Shown one piece after another: positions 27,369-41,949 of a stretch of 64,000 nt of DNA. Location of the stretch: positions 513,362-577,361 of the forward strand of contig NMRA01000040.1 in the NCBI GenBank assembly GCA_002633005.1, read 5' to 3'. Source of the stretch: Phoronis australis (Eukaryota > Animalia > Phoronida). Position numbers and translations under genes: made by a program. How positions within the stretch are numbered: the first letter of the stretch is position 1; each line of letters starts with the position of its first letter. The notes under the pieces are model-generated. The model saw nothing but the letters and a program-made list of their open reading frames with translations, was not told the origin of the DNA and searched no databases.

Positions 27369-29654
27369 GTAAACCCACTTAGTGCTGCAAGACCTCATAT
27401 GAGCGATAAATAAACAAGTACAATGATTACCAAGATATTTATGTAGTATTTCACCTGTGGTTTTTGAAATGGTATTTTATTTCCGAGACCCCCGTAATTC
27501 TTCTGGATGAGGGCTTGGCAGAACCTTGAAACTTAATTTGGCAATGCAAGTAGAGAATGTACTTGTGAATTATATGGACTTAATGGTAATGGCTGAAGCT
27601 ATTGCTGTGCAAAAGAAGAAGAAGCAGCAGCAGCAGCAATAGGAGCAGCATCCATATCACCCTTACTTGACCTATCTCTGCTTAGGTCATAGGTAAATCG
27701 TGACTCATGTTCAATTAACAACTGTTTGTTCACACATAACCTACTGTTGTCTTTTCCCATGTCTAGTGGCTACATAACACTGAACTGATCTGCCCACCGA
27801 GGGCTTGCCTAATTCAATTAGTCCGCTTCTCCACCTTAGCTTATTCAACGGGCACGCTGCCTCATATGTAACACGACCAGTGTGTCAATTGTTTTCTTCA
27901 AAAATCAGTTTGTCCTCAGCGACTGGCCCGGCCTGCAATTGGCTCGGTGGGACACCTTGCCTGGAGATTGATTCCAGAGGGTCTGCCTTCTTGCATGTGG
28001 TGACATTGTGGTTCACGTGGCCTGGAAATCTGATGGCGATTAGCGCGCACGTTCACCCTGTGCTCCCCTCTGCCCTTTGTTGTCAACAGGTTGTGTTGTC
28101 AGGGGGGCCTGAGCGGGAGATAAACAGAGGCTAAAAGTCAGCTGTCCAAAATTGAGCTACAGAAGGCAGTTGTTAAAATGACTTCGATTATTGTGGAATC
28201 TAAATCCAAGCTTCTGGTAAAATGTTGACTTTTCAAGTAAAGCCCGAGTCAAACATGACAAACTTACCAATTATACTGCTTCGACCTTCGGTTTTCAGAG
28301 TACTTGGTCTAAATGCATTCAAGTGCTTTGATTTGAAAGCTAATAAGAAAAGTCGTAACATCAAGAGAAAGTTGAGTGCTAAGAAGGCAACTCCTATTTA
28401 CAGGTGGGAATAATCCATTTGTATTGGGACAGCCGGGTCAATAATAAGTTAAAGACTGTGTCCATTTTATCAGAGAATCCTGCTGGTTAGCATTCATGGA
28501 TTAACGTCTAAAGTATATCCAGTACATTAGTATAAAAGATAATTAACCATTTCTAGTTACATTGTAGGGCTTGACAGGGCAAATTAGTATTCGTTAAACT
28601 GTAAACTGATGCTTAGAGGAAAAATTTATGTTTATGTTTAGTGGACTATGCTGCGTCTCATTGCTTGAAACAGGTCTCTCCTTTGAGTGTTTGAAGGCTG
28701 AGTGAGGACACTGTCTATGAAGCAAAAAGCCCACAATATCTCCCATCCCCTTCAAATCTTTCTCGGTTGCGACTTGAACATGGACATTAATTCGACTGAA
28801 AATAAAACGTGCGTGTGAGGTGAATTGTGGAATTTTTGGTGCATGTTCAACTATCCTTTTCCGTATTTGAACACTTAATGGAGGTAACTCCTTTTACCTA
28901 GCAATTACATATTGAGTATTTCATTCACAAAATTGAAGCTTGAGGACTAATTTCTCCGTTTCACCGTGATTCGGAACTGGAACATTTTCCCATAGTTCCA
29001 CTTGACTGGGATTAGCCGTGACTTACCCACACTTGCCAAGTGCACCGTCAGCTGTTTAAAATCACAAAAACGAAGCCATCGAACACATCAATTACTTTAA
29101 ACAATACTCATTACATCCACCTGCTTCAGATTGGCAAAACCTGGTTCAAATCGCCCACTAGTAGATATGGCCTCGGGTTTGGCTTTCTCGACTGTTTCCA
29201 TTTTACCCGTCTGATATTCATTGACAGGTTTTACTGCCATTCACACGATTGTCAAGCGTTTTTTCTTGACATGGGCTTAAGAGGACACGTTTTTTGCGTG
29301 TCATTGGTTGTAATTATTTTATTGCGTAAGTGAGAAAAGATGGAGTTTTTCCGCAAATAGTCACAAATGATTTGAACCGACTGACCTGCGGTTAAGGTGT
29401 TGTTACGATTATCACGTGAGATGGACCCATGATCCTATACATAAAAAGGTGGTAATTTCCTCCATCTATGGGCGTGAAGGCTTTGCTTACCATAGTGATC
29501 AGAATGTTTCATTGGAGAATTAGCGTGAAGCTGTGTCTCAGTTCTGCTTTGACTAGAAGTGTAAATAGTCTGTTGTGACAAAATGAGAAAATTAGTCTGT
29601 TATGTTATAATTACTACCTGCAAGTTTAGTTGGAAGGAAATTAAATTTGTGTTT

Positions 29655-30245
29655 ATGTTTGTTCATGAACAGTTCAGTCATGAAAAAGATGTCCAAGAAC
29701 ATTTCAACTATAAAGTTATTTACACCAACAGAGCAACTATAAAACGTTCACAGACAGTTCAGCTATCTAAGTGTTGTTCACGAACAGTTCAACCTACAAA
29801 TTATGTTCATGAACAGTTCAGCATATAAATTATGTTCATGAATAGTTCAGCCTATAATATGTTCATGAACAGTTCAGCCCATAAATGTATGTTCATGAAC
29901 AGAGGAACTATAAAATGTGTACATGAACAGTTAAGCTATCAAACTGTTTTTCGTGAACATTTCAGCCATAATTGTATGTTCACGAATAGAACAACTACAA
30001 ACGTGCATGAACAGTTCAGCTATCAAATTGTTGTTCATTAAGTACATGGTCAGTTCAGCTACTAAACTGTATGTTATGAATAGTTCAGCTATGAAAGTAT
30101 CTTCATGAACAGAAAGACTATTAAAATGTTCATAAGCATTTCAACTATCTAACTATTACCCATAGACAGTTCAATTATAAAAATTATGTTTATGATCAGA
30201 GCAACTATAGAATATGCATGATCATTTCTGCTATAAATTATAAGC
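29655..30245. repeat. Degenerate ~28-30 bp tandem repeat array, about 20 copies
   Basis: Recurring tgttcatgaacagttcagctataaa core containing the palindrome gttcatgaac. Confidence 0.85.
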
Positions 30246-33200
30246 ACTGTGTAATAATGAACATAAATTATGCAGCAATAAAACCAGTGAACTTTGATGA
30301 TTTTTTGGAAAAGCTGGAGTATGAGCTACTGCTCCATGCATACACGCCAAAGTTTGAACACCAATGAAACGCATTGAGAGTAATACATGAATAAATGGTT
30401 TTAAAGCACTCATGCCTTGTGGCAGAAACTTGTACTTTCTAAGTGCTTTCTATTATCCGCTATTGGTTAATATGTGTTTTAGTGTCGGAACTTCACACCA
30501 ATGTTTTATATTACGGTAAGTGCGAGCCCACCTTACTATTTACTCGCTCTACCCCTTCATGAAGAACCACATTTCTTGTCGTTTGCCTGGGGCAGGACGT
30601 AAGAAACATCTGTCTACAGTTATTACCAGAAAAAATTGGGTTTGCCTAATAATTTATTTTTATAAACAACGTACTACATCGACATTCGGTTGAACCTTTG
30701 AAAGCAGCTTGGTGGTTTTTAAAACGGCGGAGTGAACCTGCCGTGGTAGTGAGATGGTTCTGCCGCATCATTACTTATACTTCATATTTCGTTTGACTTC
30801 GTGGCTATGCTTTTGTTTATCACCGCTCACTCGCAATTAACACATTTCTGGGCAAAAAAGTTCACTGTCACCTCTGCAGCCATGGCTGACGTTGAGAAAA
30901 CAAAGTTCCTTGTTTGGCTAGTCGATTTAAGAAAATACCAGCTCCGTTTATTAATCAGCAGGACAGTAATGTAATTTTCTGCAGTTTTCCCTCAATCTAT
31001 GACCTTGTATCGGTTTTTCCCTGGAGGTACAAGATTCAGTCCGTTTGACTTTTGTGTCAATTGTGATAAACATTCTTTTGTTTCAAAGGCATGTAATTGA
31101 CAAATCTGCCATTTGCATGATTTCCAGTAAATTGTATTCCAGTGCTTCAGATACTCAGATTTTTACTTTTTCTTTTATAACAACTGCATCGTACAACCTG
31201 TAAACAATGGCATGATTCAGAAAATTCTCAGGTATATTTAGTGCTGTATAGGTTTCGGCTGTGATGTCCCATTTCAAACAATGGTGATTGTCATATGTTT
31301 TGATTTAATTATTTCAAAATATAGCAAGGTAACACTTCTTGTTTTCTGTGGTTCTACTGTGGTTGGAATGGAGTGCTTCATTCTTATTTTATCTTAATGC
31401 TTGAAGTTGGCCATTTTTGATTTGCTGAAGGAGCGCTCAATATTATATAGGAGTTTTGATGAGAATTTTAACAATATCAATTTGCATGATGCATACTGAA
31501 TTAAAGAATGCTGCTAAATATTTATCCCGCTCACTAGTCATATTAATTTTCCACTGAAAGGCTTTGTAGCCTTTCACTAAAAATTAAAACATCAAAAGCT
31601 ACATTTCGTCCAGTTTATCTGGCTAAGAACAAAATCAAATTAGGCATTTTATTCTTATAAAAAAATTTCCTTACTGTGATAGAACTTTTCTGCCACTAAG
31701 AAGAATGTACAAACACTTAACAGGTCATGAAATGCATCAGAAAATCATCGATTTTATTGGGGTTCGTCAATCCCGAAAGTTGAAAGTGGCATGCAGAGAC
31801 TTCTTTTTTAAAAATTGGTCAGTCACATGACACAGCAATGAGCATTTCCCAGAAGTAATCACATGACACAGCGACCATTTTCCAGAAGTGCATCGCAGAT
31901 CAGCTTTTAGTTTTAGCTCTTTGTCTAATAACTCAAAGTATGTGATGGCTATTCGAGGGCGAAGTACAACCTTAAAGAATTAAGCTTAAGTGTTGCATTT
32001 AAGTTCACAGTGAGGAGTTCTGTAGATTGCAATTCACAAATTGGAATAACCAATGCTCCTTAGCTGAAAACCATATTCAGCTTGCACCTCGTAATCTCCT
32101 AAATGCAACATTTTTCATGAAGCATTAGATCAAAGGTGTTTTTACAATCCTTTAATTGACCAGTGTTGGTTTTGCAACCCTAAACGCTGTAAAACACTAA
32201 CTAACTGGTTCTCGAATTGTGTCGTCACTGCAGGTGATCTCTATCGAAAGGTCGATTCAAGGTGTTTACATTTGGCTTGAAATTCATCCGCATTCTGACT
32301 TAGGTTCAAGTAAATGTATTGTTTTTAATTGAAAAGCACCACCCTCTGCAAGAAAGATATAATGTTTGCAACAGATACCCCAGTACATTAGCAGCAATGT
32401 AACAGCTTTGCACATTTGACACAGGTTTGAAGTGCTCGGAACACCACCCAAATTGATATTCGTGCTCAATAGAAAATGATATTGTGGCGACAGAGGAAAC
32501 ATAAGCATACGTTGAACTTACACATACATTAAAAAAGGCGTTTCTCATTTATCTCATTACGTGTCTCATTTGATTTGTCATAGTTTTCAAGTGTTATGGA
32601 GAAGTGATCTATTTTAGAACTAGCTTTACGGTGATAAATTAGAAAATTTGTACTAATCTTACAAAAAACCATTGCAGTCGCTGTGACCGCATTTCTGTGG
32701 AATAATTGCAAAATAAGTTTTATAGAGAAAAACTAGTGGTGTATTATGAAATTTTCGATACGTAACCACGTTCATCAAACACCCAAGCTATAACCGATTC
32801 TTCTAATCTGGTGTTTGCTATAGTTTGTCTTGTTTTGACCAAACTAAGACTGGACATTGTGGAAAAATAACCACAGACAGAATCAGTGAGCTCAGTCATG
32901 GACTCTGGTCACTTTCAGTGCTGACCTAAATTATAGTCTTTGCAGTGCAGACCTAGTGATTCTTACACTTGAAAATATAACGTGTTTACAAATATAAACC
33001 ATTTACATTGCTGCATCAAATCATTCCCTTCAGACAAGACAGACATAAATACAGTTGGGTCACAGATTGTTATTCAAATAAATTGACTGCACCATTGCTA
33101 AGGTAGTCTGACAAATGCTAAATTCAAAATCTATCTGTGGACTTCAAATATTTGCAAGTGAAATACCATCCAAAATCTTTGCAAACCCGTCACCTGGAAT

Positions 33201-33559
33201 ATTTACATTACCATTTGTACAACTACCCTGCCATGACATGAGTTACACACAAGAGTAAAATTCACCTACCTCGAACATGTGGATGTAGAATCTCAATGCA
33301 ACCCTCGTGGCAGCAGAACTCCACTAGAGCCTGTGCTGACAACCGGTGAACCACAACCGGTATGGGCAAGTGAAACCACACAGCTCCACTGAGAACGTTA
33401 TAAACTCCCCATGCGTCACCAAGTTTTCACACATGCAGCAGCGTTTGGCCAGTGGCGGACTCCCACTGGGATGCTGGCTGCTGTTGGTAGTGGTGGTGGT
33501 GTGTACCAGGTAGAATGGCCCTGCTGTTGTCTGTGATTGTAGAATCTATTTCACATCAG

Positions 33560-34060
33560 TCACTAGTCGGGAACCTCCAGTTCATGTGTGCAGTCATGTA
33601 CTCTGTGAAAATCATCAGTAGATATTTTTGCTGTGTGCCTAGAGTACAAATTAATGAGCGGCATGCAGCTACCTGGAGCAGAGCTCTTTGCCTCAGTTCT
33701 CTGCAAAGGGCGTGGTCTGCCATCATGATTGGCTTTGCCTGAAGAGTCTGCCAACTGTTGCATGATGCCAGTGGTGTCGGTAACCATTATCCCATTAACT
33801 AGAGCGTCTTTATTTCACTCGTAAATATGCTGCTGCAGTTTCATCGTCTAGCACTGAAGAAGTGTTTTATGGCTTGTTTCTGTGTTTGTGGGTGACCAAA
33901 GGCCAGTGACGGAGTTCTCTAGCAGGCGCTATTTGTAGAGTCAGTCTAGTTGGCTTATTGGCTGAAAAAGTTGATTTTGCAGTGTATTCCTGCCTATGCT
34001 GCATGATGTCTTTTTCACCTTCCATAGTCACACTCACCTTGCCAATTCATCCCTCAATAA
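33560..34060 (-). mobile_element. Possible decayed non-LTR retrotransposon (LINE ORF2 pre-RT region) fragment
   Basis: Minus-strand peptides HRQEYTAKST and ALVNGIMVTDTTGIMQQLADS resemble the WxxYxxxIN...LxxNGxxxTDxxxIAxxLAxxF segment preceding the RT domain in I/Jockey-type LINEs. Many stops and frameshifts; recognised by eye only. Confidence 0.3.
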
Positions 34061-35075
34061 GTGCATTTGTTGCAATCTGTCTTTTATGTTATAACATTTT
34101 TTCACTAGAATTTGACCCAGAAATAACTATCATATCCAGAGCCCACTCCTGAGTGCTGTAAGTGACCTTTTGTGGTGTCCAAGTATACAACTTGGATTTC
34201 AACTTGACTATACCCAGTCATTAACCCTACAGAACTGTACAAGAGTCTGGTATTTCTGCTGGACTCTTTGAAATACTATCTTACACTGACCATAGTCAAA
34301 CTAGTTCCATTTAGGTAGTACAGCAAGGTTTGTTCAGATATAAGTGTCATGTTGCCATAGTACGGGATACTTATTGAGTAGTTGAGTTTCGCAGTTCTCG
34401 CAATTACTCAAACTGACTTTAATTACAGGAACGTTTTAAGTCTACAGTAGATGAGTTCTATACTTAGAGTTGACTCTGCTGCTTTACAATAACCAATACA
34501 CAATTTACACTTCTGATAAACACAAGTTTGCACAATATGGTGGGAATTCTCCTGTTTATGGCAGTGGGATAGACAGTGTGAGCCATCCCACATTCAAGTA
34601 CAATCATTCACCTCCATGTAATGCATTATGGGGACACATGAAAGTGTATTTGCAGTTTTTTTCCACTGATCTTTAAATACTGCCAACTGGAAGTCTATTT
34701 TTATTGTTTAGTCAAAATGTATTGTCTGATGTTTGAGATATATGATGAATTTGGTTTCCATAATCTTAGAGATTGTCTCATTCTGAGTTATTTATATCCT
34801 GCTATATAGTAGGATTGAATAGTTCTGAAGATTAATGCTCTGTCCACTGCAAAACCTGTCTATTAAGCAGAGAAACTACTCGAAACACTTTTGCCACTTT
34901 TACAGGAGAGACAGTTTTCACCGTGTCAGTTGTCACAGTGCGACTTGCTCCACTTCAGTCGCATTTACACGACATTAGATTGCAAACTGGGTCACCATGT
35001 GGCATTTACACGTAGACTGTCTGCGCATGCTCGCATGAACAATAGCGAATGTCCAAACCACGTGGAATGTCAACA

Positions 35076-35078
<3 letters not shown>

Positions 35079-35122
<44 letters not shown>
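35079..35122. repeat. (TA)22 microsatellite
   Basis: Uninterrupted TA run. Confidence 0.97.
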
Positions 35123-35123
<1 letters not shown>

Positions 35124-35963
35124 GCTATTGAAAGGTGATCCCTTTCCGCCCTGCCCCAGTTTTGTTTAGATGTGTAGTTGAAACTGGAGCAACTGATGGA
35201 GTGCAACTCGCTCTACCTATCAAACCGGTGTCAAAAATGGCCGCCACGGTGTCAACTTGCTCGTGTCAGTCGCGTTTACCCACACACTTACACCTGATCA
35301 GCTGATCCGTGTTAGTTCCTCCGTGACAGCTGTCTCTCTTGTAAATGCAACTTATTAGGAGTTAGTTCTTATCTCTTACAATATCTCCATCAAAATATTC
35401 AATGAAGAAATGCACTATTGGCATCTTACACAGAAGCGTGATATTTGGTGGTGAAACAAGTTTTCTGGTCACTCTGCAATAAAGGAAAACTGCTTAACCC
35501 ACAGAGAGACTTTTAGTGTTGTCTCCAACAGAGCGCCAGGTGCTGTCGGTTATGCTGCACCACCTCAACTTGATTGACTTCACACCTGTAAGCCGGCTCG
35601 GTTTCCACAGAAACAACTGGCGAATCCCTCGCCGGTAAATCACGCACTGTCTGTAGACATCTTCATCAGTGAAGACATTACCAGTTTACAGGTTTACGTA
35701 AATCATTTTTTGAACTCAGCAGATCTATAAATTGCCACACAAATCTTGCCCTCTGTTTTTGTAAGCCTCCCAGGAGATGTTTGGAGAGATTAATAATGGC
35801 TAACAATGTCTATCAATGGCTGGCTCAGGGTTTTTAGAGCTTTATGTTTATTAGGCTGTTATTTAGTCTGCTTCTTGGCTGCCACTTGTTTTTCACTCAT
35901 TGTTGTCTAAGTATGCTCCTGAGAACATTCAGTATGCATGACTATTCCTCTTCTGATGGAAAT

Positions 35964-36319
35964 GAGGGTGTGGAAACCAACTGTTACCATACACTGCAAA
36001 ATCTTACCACGCACCGTAAAAACTTGCCATGCACCATAAAAACTCTTACCAAGTACTGTAAAAACTCGTACCGCTCAGAAAAAATTACCGTGGATTCTGA
36101 ATTCCTATTCAACTCAGGTACTCTTTCCACACTCAGTTTTTAGTCACAGAACTGCGCTACCAAGTTTCCATGTGTTTTTTGGTCACCTCCGTTAAGGGTT
36201 GTTGTAAGAGTGCCTAATTGTTTAGGTTCCACAATATACTTTTTGTGTATAATTGTAACAGTTTTTGCAGTGTGTGGTAAGGGTTCAGGACTGTGGTAAG
36301 ACTTGGTCTCCACCCCCTG
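35964..36319. mobile_element. hAT-like MITE with internal ~21-bp subrepeats
   Basis: Termini gagggtgtggaaaccaa / ttggtctccaccccctg are imperfect inverted repeats. cttaccacacactgcaaaaa-type units occur in both arms in opposite orientation. gaaat flanks both ends. Confidence 0.6.
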
Positions 36320-37914
36320 GAAATCCTTTGAGTGATTTACTGTCAAGCCAGTAATCCTCAAGTGCACAGTCTGCTCATCCCAAGTTTTATGGTGTTTTTG
36401 AAATAAACAAATTACAAGTGTCAAGCCTGGAAACCTGTGGCTCTAATAACACAACTTTTGTCTTTGAAGAGCTTAATACCAAGACAACATGGCTCATGCA
36501 CTTATGTTCGTTGTTCCTCATTTATCAACACAGCTCACAGGCTTGTAAAATTGGTTCGCCGACAGGCCCGCACATGCACCAACAAACAGGTGGATGATTA
36601 GTGAAAAATCTGTGGGCTGTGTTTATAGGTGCCGGAGCCGTGTTTGGGGCCCATTCTTAAGTGAGGAACTATAAAGTAGGTGAGCCATGTTGGTTGGTGA
36701 TCTGTTGCGTAATAGTTCTGTTTTACCTATCTCATCTTGACCTATAATTTGACTTACAATTGTTTTACTCTGGTGGAAAAGAATACAGGATGTTAAAAGA
36801 ATACCAAACCCGGTTTTGACCACCCAGTTCTCTGAAACGAAATAAGAGTTTTGTAACCTTCACAATCCTTCCTCACAGGTTTGGAGGAAAATTTGAAAAT
36901 TCCTTTCAAAGTCTGCTTAAGGGCAAGGGTAATCTATGCTTTTAGCCAATTACATGGCAACTGTGGGAAAAGACCACCCACCAAGGGTCATAATATCCAA
37001 TTTGTGGAATAGGGGGCATGGGTTTTAGTTGATTCCTGCTTTTATCTTACAAGATTGACACTAATGATACATTAGTAGGTGACAAAACTGAGGATTGATT
37101 AAAATCACCAAAACATGGTTTAGTATTTTTTTAAGTAATTAAATGCTTTGAAAACACATTGTCTCACAGAAAAATTGTGACCTCAGACAAGAGCAGTAGT
37201 CTGATAGACATCTCGTAAAAATTTTTTACTGCCATGTCGAGGCCATCTTTAAAAACTCAGGTTTTTGTTTGAGCTCTTTTCGTCGTGGAGATAGCATTGG
37301 TTCCTAATTTTTCATAATTACAGTGTGCACTCACTTCCCATGCTTGCTTCTTTGTCTTATTTTACTGCTTAAAACTGGATTTGTTCCAGTTTGGCTTCGG
37401 CAGTTTTAATTTGACCTTATTATCACGATATGGGATATTTACTTGAAATTGTTCTAGGTCAATAAAAGTGAATTTATAAAGAGATATCTCACAAATTCAT
37501 CTTGAACATTGAACTTGTTCCTAGAGTGCTGGTCTTGAAAAATGTTGGGTTCATTGGTGCTACAGGTGAAGTAAACTGGAGCCCACTTAATGTGATAGAA
37601 TATCCCAGTTACTGTCATGAAATCCGTGTTAAATAACTCGCATAATATATTGATTTGCTATCATATTGCCAGGTATTGTCATTGAAAATCAGCAAAATAG
37701 ATTCTCACCTGTTTATTAGCATGTGTACCTTAGCTTTTCTATCAAAAAACGAACCTAAGTCATCTTGAATTTAATTGCCTTATCGAAACCCTGCGCCAGG
37801 GGTAACATCAGCTGTTTCCTGTCTTACTCTCGCCTGCTCCACACATCAGTTCAGCTGGTTACAATGGCCACCAAGTCCAAACTTGCTTAATGGATTATCC
37901 CATTTACTATCATA

Positions 37915-40339
37915 CCGTAATCGTTCGGGTTAACGCCCATGCTCAGTTAACCGCCCACCCCTACTTTAGGTGGATTTTCGATTTAACCGCCCACTGCTCA
38001 GTTAAGCGCCCCCCTACGATTTTTGAAGATTTCCAGTTAAGCGCCCACCTCTCGGTTAAGCGCCCATCCCGTACTTTTAAAGAATGAAGATTTAGCGCCC
38101 AGTGCTAAGGAAACGGTGATTCCCCGACTTTTACAAAAAGATCGATGATCACAATGAGCGTAACAACGCCGGGCCTTCAAGACGGTGGTTTAGCAATGTG
38201 AATTACAATACAAGTAAGGAGTTCTTGTCTTGGGTCATGGACTCACTTCAAAATATAATACTTTAACGTTTTTGTCACTTTATTTTCTTCCCATGTTTAC
38301 AAAGTTTAAGAACGGCGCCGGCGTCAAAACCTCCGCTTTCAGCGACTTTGTCTGCCGCACTGAGTTTCGGTCTGCAGTGCACTAGATAAAATATATATTC
38401 GAAAAAATCAGGCCAGACAAATGTGACAATGGTTTTGCCAACCCTCCAAATTCTCTTAAGGTGGGAAGCTCTCGTATTTTGAAGAAATCTCACAACTCAC
38501 GGAAAGATTTCAAATTCTCATTTTGATGAATGTAACTGCCGGGTTGTAGAGGACGTGTGGCGACCGAAGGGACAGTACAAGTGCCTTACTGGGTTACCGA
38601 TTTCGTTGCTGCCTATCGATTTCTGAATTCAAAGGTTGGCAATAATGTTTGTTTGTGTATGATCTTGAAGTAATAAAAAACAGCTAGTCAAATTTTGTTT
38701 TTTGCTTACTGCATCTCAGTCAAACTGGCGTTACCAGATTTAACTATTGTCGCTGGCTGTTCTTTATTTTTTCTTGCGTCAGCCCCCACGTATAAGCGTG
38801 ACTGTGAAATATCGTTTCCACATCCCCTTTTTGCCATCCAGAATAATTTTGTTTATACATTGGCCAGTTTCTTACCATTCGAGTCTGAAATATCTACGAC
38901 GTAGACTGACTGAAAATTGGCGATAGTGGGTAGGAGATGCACACAGCTAGCTACGGGCATGGGCTTAGGGAGCATCGAGCGGGAAATATCGGAATAGACT
39001 TGACATCGCAGTTTTGGGGAACATTGGCAACGGAGGAATATCGTAAAGAACTGGGTCTTTCGTAACAACAGCTTAAAAGTACATAGTCACGCCCGTTTTT
39101 GTTACTTAGGGCTATTCTCTTTTGATGTGTGACTTTGTAGTCATTTTGGTGCACGTGCGCAAGTTCCCACACTTTGCAGTGCATGTTACCTTGACATCAA
39201 CATGTGATTGACAGGTGCTCACTCGTAGGCCCTACGTGCGTGCTGATTCCCGCCGCTATCTTTGGCCATAAAAAACGAGATGCATATTGGAAGAGGCCGT
39301 TTTATTACTTGACGGCATTTCCAAGTCACGACTGTCAGCCGACTGAGACATTGCTTGCTAACAGCGAGACCGAACAGTGCCGCAGTGCGATAGGCCTATT
39401 GCAAGTGATATAAATAGGATAATCTGGACATCTTGCATGAAAAATAAATGTTTTTCCACCACGAAGTTTGGTAAGGCGATTGTTTAAGAATGAATTGAAA
39501 CATCGCTGTTTTGTGGCGTTTTATCACATATTTATGTCGTGGCTCGAAATTTTATTCTTGATTGACGAGTAGCTCACGGCCGCTTAACACCGATTCTTGT
39601 CTTAGGCCTAATTCTTTGCCGAGCATGTTTGGCGCAACGGCAAGTGAGCAATGCCGGGCGGTCGAGATAAAACAGCTAGCCGCAGAACCATACGCTGAAA
39701 ATGTCATTGAGTCACAGAGTGTCGACTATAAACATCCTAAACACAAAAAACATCTGAATTAAGTTTTTCAAACTTTTATTACAACTCATTTTAAAACTGC
39801 TCTCAGACTATGAACTTGGCAGCTCAGTACGAGACTGCAACCATAAATTTGATGTCTGCTGTGACCTCTGCAACACGTGAAGCTTGCACGCGCGCACTTT
39901 AACAAGGTCACATCTTAAAATAGTTGCAATCCAAGTAGAGGCTGCGTGGTCACTGGTCGTCTGCGCTCTAGAGGGCAAAGTAACAAGACCGCAGGACGCC
40001 ACGGGGCTATTACTCAGTAATTCTGTAAATTTAACAGTGAATAACTAATCTGAGGGCAAGAGAATCTTTGTTGGGATCATCCGCTGTTATGACATTTTTC
40101 TCGTCATGTGGCGACGTGACGATAACGCTCTTTGAAAAGTCCTACCTGTTCCGAGTACGAGGTAAGATTAACCGCCCAGGGCGGTTGCCTGTCGTAATAA
40201 GCGCCCATGTTCGGTTAACCGCCCACCCTGGATTTCTTGAAATTTCACGTTTAAGCGCCCATGTCTGGTTAACCGCCCACCCCCGATTTTTTGGGTTTGC
40301 CAATTTAACCGCCCAGGGCGTTAACCCGAACGATTACGG
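37915..40339. mobile_element. Non-autonomous Tc1/mariner-pogo (Tc2/pogo-like) DNA transposon, 2425 bp
   Basis: Perfect 24-bp TIRs CCGTAATCGTTCGGGTTAACGCCC / GGGCGTTAACCCGAACGATTACGG, flanked by TA on both sides (37913-14, 40340-41). Subterminal TTAA(C/G)CGCCCA repeats at both ends. CpG-richer than the flanks. No long ORF. Confidence 0.9.
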
Positions 40340-40990
40340 TAATTTATGTTGAAACATTTTGCGGGCTCCGTTGTAAAGTATACCGAAAATGAATATTTTG
40401 AAATATAAATGTCAATCATTCTAGGAGGTGTCCTACATTCTAGCTCAGTACTGGCAAGACATTATTTTGACTAATGGAAGGTGTTAAATGTTAATTAAGA
40501 AAACTAAAATGGCATCAGCCAAACAACTCCCTGTGGAAGACAAAGTCAATACATTAAATGTTAGTTAAAGTCTACAAGGACATACCACTGTTAACGATAA
40601 ATTTGATTAAAAGTTATCTTAGCATTTTTTTGGCTTGTAGAAATGTTATCCTGTCAAGCATTAAAAGTTATCACGTGATCTCTGCCCGTGGTCTGATACT
40701 GAACAATATATATAAGGCACCTTTCCATAGTTAAGTCCACCACTGTTGAAGAAATTAAAAAGCTGTGAGTATACCATGTGATCGCATTTGACCAGACAGA
40801 AAAATATGTATTCAGGAGACAGCAGTTGGCAACATCAAAGGAACTGTGCTCTACTCAGCCAGAACTAGTAGTAAAAACAAATGTTTGTTTAGACAGCACA
40901 TTCCTAATTTACTACAGCATAGTATAGGACAAGACATGCAAACAACCACACATGGCCTAAACCTCCAATTCCTGGTGCATATGTGCAGAT

Positions 40991-41055
40991 AAAAATTATC
41001 GATTATTCGCTAAAAATTATTGATTATTTGCTAAAAATTATTGATTATTTGCTAC
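40991..41055. repeat. 21-bp tandem repeat, 3 copies
   Basis: aaaattattgattatttgcta repeated three times. Confidence 0.85.
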
Positions 41056-41949
41056 AATATTTCGTATCTGTTTGGGTAAACGCCCACTTCAGCTGGAGGC
41101 ACCCCTGGATTTTCACAAGTTATCCTTTGTAATGCTCTTGTTCCCATCTTAATCCGCTGAACCCCCACGGATTTGAGTTTCTTAATTTCTGATTTCTAAA
41201 TTGAGAAATTCTAAAAACTATTCATTGGTGAAAGACTTCGGGGTTCACCCAGTAGTGAATAAACCGAGCCCTTACTACACCCAAGCGTTCGGTGGAGCGG
41301 ACTTAGAACGAATGTAAATTTGACTCAATTTCAGTCATACGAATCTTTGTTAACGTCTACAAAATCCGTGTCTTGGTGCTGGCAAACCGATTTGTGGGGA
41401 CCAATAAATCTGTCATCTGATCAGTATTGTTGAGTTATCTAATTAAACTTTTTATAATATCAACAACTACCAGCCTTGAACAGACACTTCTCCACGGCTC
41501 ATCAGTTTTATTATGGCTCATCCATATATGTATACCCATCGCTGCAGAAACATTGCTGCTTTAACAACTTCTCTCATTAGAAAACCAATATTGCCAACAC
41601 TTACTAATTTCCTTTTTCTTTCTCTACATTTTTATGTTAGTGACTACTTACCAGATACAAAGTTTTAGATGGACTTCATAAAAGGAACTTTAGTTGAAAT
41701 CATCTGTTTAGATTAGTTCCCCTTTTTGAGACCAACATCCTAATCTAAAGCCTTCATCTCAGTTCTTGACATTTCTTGAAGTAGTCAGTTGTAGTTTCAA
41801 ACTGAATGCAACAACCGAATGCGAAACTAACTAAAAACTACTCTACCCTGAAACTAAAAAATTATGAGCACAGCCCTGGAAATCATTTTCGCATAATATC
41901 CAGGTTCTCATTCACTCTCATGCATACACCGTACATTCAGTTTAGTAAG

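Noticed and set aside
29655-30245. Palindromic-core repeat array resembling CRISPR
   Set aside because: Degenerate tandem repeat; the intervening sequences are short and related to each other.
30881-30975. gccATGG short ORF MADVEKTKFLV… resembling VDKTEFLV of the EF1 exon
   Set aside because: Similarity covers only 8 codons, upstream sequence does not align to the EF loop, and a stop follows after 30 codons. Probably chance.
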